From positions 4,704,001-4,768,000 of the forward strand of contig OZ271854.1 of assembly GCA_965601925.1 (NCBI GenBank): a DNA stretch of 64,000 nucleotides, given 5' to 3'. A model generated the notes under the pieces. It had not been told where the DNA came from, searched no databases, and saw only the letters and a program-made list of their open reading frames with translations. The DNA comes from Alkalispirochaeta sp. GTDB taxonomy: Bacteria; Spirochaetota; Spirochaetia; DSM-27196; Alkalispirochaetaceae. Numbering within the stretch: position 1 is the first letter of the stretch; each line of letters starts with the position of its first letter. The position numbers and the translations under genes were made by a program. Below are positions 61,274 through 64,000 of the stretch, one piece after another.

Positions 61274-63223
61274 TTACCGTCGACCGTACTGCGAGAGCGC
61301 CACACTCAGCGCGCGTCGTATTTCCGGCTCACCGAACGGTTTACGCAACACGAACTGGAACCCCGCCTCACGGTACGGCGGAATGTCGTCGCGGTGGAGT
61401 ATTCCGGAACTGAGCACCGCGGGGATATCGGGGTCGAGCTCGCGCACACGCTGCAGGAGTTGGACGCCGTTGTTGTGCCCCGGCATCGCCAAGTCGGTAA
61501 TCAAGAGATGAAAATAGCGCTCCTCGGCGAGCTCCTGTCGAAACAACTCAATAGCGCGGTCGCCACTCTCCACGGCGGTCACGATACACCCGACCGACTG
61601 CAGGGTACGCTCCATTGAGCGTCGTACGAGCGGATCATCTTCCACCAACAATACGCGAGCATCTTCAAAAGAGTCGCGATCGGGCACGGGGCTTTTTATC
61701 CATGCGTCGGTATCCTCCAGTGCCGAGGCGATCATAGCGACGGACGGAATATACATGTGCACCGATGTACCGAACCCCGGTTCGGTCTCTATTTCCAATC
61801 GCCCGCCGTGAGCCTCCACGATCGAAAGCGTGACCGTCAGCCCCATGCCGATCCCCTGCTCCTTCGTGGAGAAATACGGTTGGAGCACTTTGTCGACCAG
61901 GCGCGGATCCATGCCGTGTCCTTCGTCACGCACCGTGATGATTATGCCGCTGTTGTTCTCGGGCTTACGGAGTTCCATATGCACGATTCCACCGACATCC
62001 ATCGCGTCGACGGCGTTAATCAGCACGTTGAAGAGCGCCTGCGTGAGCGCCGTCGGCGATATCGCAATGGTCGGAAGGGAGGACTCGACGGTGAAACTCG
62101 TGCGGATACCGGTACCGTTTAGTGCCAACGATACCGTATCTTGGATCGTCTCATTGAGGTCCGTGGGAGTGAGCTGATCCTCAGAGTTGGGGACGAAACG
62201 TACGCGCGAGTCGGGTACGATTCCACCGAACCGTTCGAGCTGCAGACCGAGGCGCCGAATGCGCCGAATCGCCGAGTGGGCGTGTTTCAACTCCTCCGCC
62301 CCACCGGGAGAGAGCGCCGGAGTCGTCCGTTCGAGGAGGTCGAGGCGACCGATCAGGGCGGTTACGCTATTGTTGAGCTCGTGGGCGAGACCGACGGCCG
62401 CACGCGAGATGTCGTGAGCGTGTTGCACGCGCTGGAGGTCACGGCGCACGCGGCTGCGTTCGCCGATAGCGGCTACGGTGAGCACCGTTGCGGGAGTGGT
62501 GCCGTCCGATTCTCCTTCTTCGAAAATCGGATAAATGGATACTTCTACGTCGATCTTTTCTCCATTTGCCGCCGTCGCCCGAATATCCGACGACAGTGTA
62601 AGGTCCTCGCGATGAGTCCGGGCCTTGGCGATCAACTTATGCAACGGAAAGGGCCGCTCGGCCTGTTCGAGCCGTAGCAAATCACCCGCATCGCTACCGA
62701 TCCATTCCTTCGACGGCGTTACCCCGTCCCCGGCCTCGCCGAACAACGTTTCGAGAGCGCCGTGGTCAAGAATCGTTCCGGCATGATCGAGAACCACGAC
62801 GGTTGCTGCGTTACTGCGCATCAGTGCATCGTTCACGCGCCCGCTCGCCGGCGACGTGCGACCGGGAGGAGCCGCGATCGTGTCGCATACGTGCCCGCCG
62901 ACAAAGGTCAGCAGCGAATGTTCGCCTCGACCGTCCAGCAACGCTATCTGGACCGGCGACGGCTCCTGGGAGTTCAGCAATACATTTGCGCCCAACACGA
63001 GTGCAGCCCGATCGGCCGTCCATTCGCCGCTCGGCCGCCATGGAGAGTCGTCGGCGACGACCGTAGCGAGAAACTCCTCGATCGGCAGCGGCGAGAACGC
63101 GTCGTAGTCCATGCCGCATATGCGGGCGCACGAGACGTTGACGGCGGTGACCCACCCCGACATTTCGAGCACCGCCGCACCGTAAGACATGTTCGCAATC
63201 GTAGCGTGGATATCGGTCACCAT
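61274..63223 (-). CDS. Soluble hybrid histidine kinase (PAS-like regions, HisKA, HATPase, REC)
   Basis: LAHELNN, NVLINA, DEGHGM, PYFSTK..GIGMGL; REC LVEDD...TDLAMP...KPF. Confidence 0.9.
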   Translation of the reverse strand: MVTDIHATIANMSYGAAVLEMSGWVTAVNVSCARICGMDYDAFSPLPIEEFLATVVADDSPWRPSGEWTADRAALVLGANVLLNSQEPSPVQIALLDGRGEHSLLTFVGGHVCDTIAAPPGRTSPASGRVNDALMRSNAATVVVLDHAGTILDHGALETLFGEAGDGVTPSKEWIGSDAGDLLRLEQAERPFPLHKLIAKARTHREDLTLSSDIRATAANGEKIDVEVSIYPIFEEGESDGTTPATVLTVAAIGERSRVRRDLQRVQHAHDISRAAVGLAHELNNSVTALIGRLDLLERTTPALSPGGAEELKHAHSAIRRIRRLGLQLERFGGIVPDSRVRFVPNSEDQLTPTDLNETIQDTVSLALNGTGIRTSFTVESSLPTIAISPTALTQALFNVLINAVDAMDVGGIVHMELRKPENNSGIIITVRDEGHGMDPRLVDKVLQPYFSTKEQGIGMGLTVTLSIVEAHGGRLEIETEPGFGTSVHMYIPSVAMIASALEDTDAWIKSPVPDRDSFEDARVLLVEDDPLVRRSMERTLQSVGCIVTAVESGDRAIELFRQELAEERYFHLLITDLAMPGHNNGVQLLQRVRELDPDIPAVLSSGILHRDDIPPYREAGFQFVLRKPFGEPEIRRALSVALSQYGRR

Positions 63224-63258
63224 TGAAATTCTTCACCTGCCTTGATCCAATTGCAAGG

Positions 63259-64000
63259 GTGTACGACATAATCGGCGATATTCACGGGCATGCCGACGCA
63301 CTCGAAACACTTTTGCGTAGTCTCGGCTATCGATACCGGCGCGGCGCGTGGCGTTTTCCGAATGCGAGACGGCACGCGATCTTTGTCGGGGACTTTATCG
63401 ATCGGGGACCGCGCATACGAGATACGATCGCGATCGTGCGCGGAATGGTCGAGGCCGAAAGCGCCTCGGCGGTGGCGGGGAACCATGAGTACAACGCCTT
63501 GGCGTGGCATACCCGCGACGAGGCGGGCCGCTGGCTGCGCAGTCACACCGACGCGCACTACGCGCAACACCGCGCTACCCTCGACGAATACGCGGCCTAC
63601 GCTCCCTCCGAGCTTACCGCGCTCCTCGAATGGTCGGCGACGTTGCCGCTTTTCTTCGAAAATGGAGATCTTCGCGTAGTGCACGCCGCCTGGGACGACG
63701 CGTTGGTCGACCTTTTTTCTCATGACACGGTTCCGCTCTCAGATTACTCCTTTTTGGTGAACAGCGCCCAGTCCGGAACGCGGGAAAATAGTGCGATCGA
63801 GGTGCTCCTGAAGGGCGTTGAAATATCGATGCCCGACGGTACCGCGTACGTGGACAAAGATGGAACGGTGCGGCGTCGCACACGCGCCCGTTGGTGGCTT
63901 GACGGCGCGGAACGCAGGACGCTCCTGTCTTCGCCGTCGGGCATCACCATGGCGTCGGTCGCGATGCCGCCCGCCGATCGCATCGCCCCCGATGCGCCGG
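63259..64000 (+). CDS. Metallophosphoesterase (ApaH/PrpA-like), truncated by the window end
   Basis: Manual translation from GTG: YDIIGDIHGH, FVGDFIDRGP, GNHEYNA, VVHAAW; absent from the ORF track, consistent with running off the window end. Confidence 0.9.
   Translation, partial: MYDIIGDIHGHADALETLLRSLGYRYRRGAWRFPNARRHAIFVGDFIDRGPRIRDTIAIVRGMVEAESASAVAGNHEYNALAWHTRDEAGRWLRSHTDAHYAQHRATLDEYAAYAPSELTALLEWSATLPLFFENGDLRVVHAAWDDALVDLFSHDTVPLSDYSFLVNSAQSGTRENSAIEVLLKGVEISMPDGTAYVDKDGTVRRRTRARWWLDGAERRTLLSSPSGITMASVAMPPADRIAPDAP

Overview
GC-rich spirochaete-like chromosome segment. The taxonomic call is inferred from gene orders known in Borrelia/Treponema (murG-cvpA-holB-like-Hk2-Rrp2, murC-yicC-cmk, sigma factor divergent from a lone groES). 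Most of the window is housekeeping: cysH, tRNA-Phe, ppdK, dinG, asd-lysC, a full pstSCAB-phoU-phoB-phoR locus, uvrB, htrA, comM, rnhA, a TPP-riboswitch ABC operon, rsmE and udk. I see no mobile element or CRISPR array. The standout is a ~9.7-kb locus at 39.1-48.8 kb that I cannot assign to a known system. It encodes four paralogues of an unrecognised ~230-260 aa protein (one leading a + strand operon, three in a convergent - strand operon), a PPP-type metallophosphatase, an apparently active HipA/PI3K-like kinase, a degenerate Hanks-type pseudokinase with amphipathic helices, and a divergent membrane protein with a LysM-like C-terminus. Other points of note: a sigma54 promoter with IHF-like and enhancer-like sites upstream of an RpoS-like sigma factor, an 11-bp-period Pho box, several apparently leaderless genes, a probable ATT start codon and a 576-bp hierarchical acidic tandem repeat. 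All product calls come from motifs read by eye; no database search was run.
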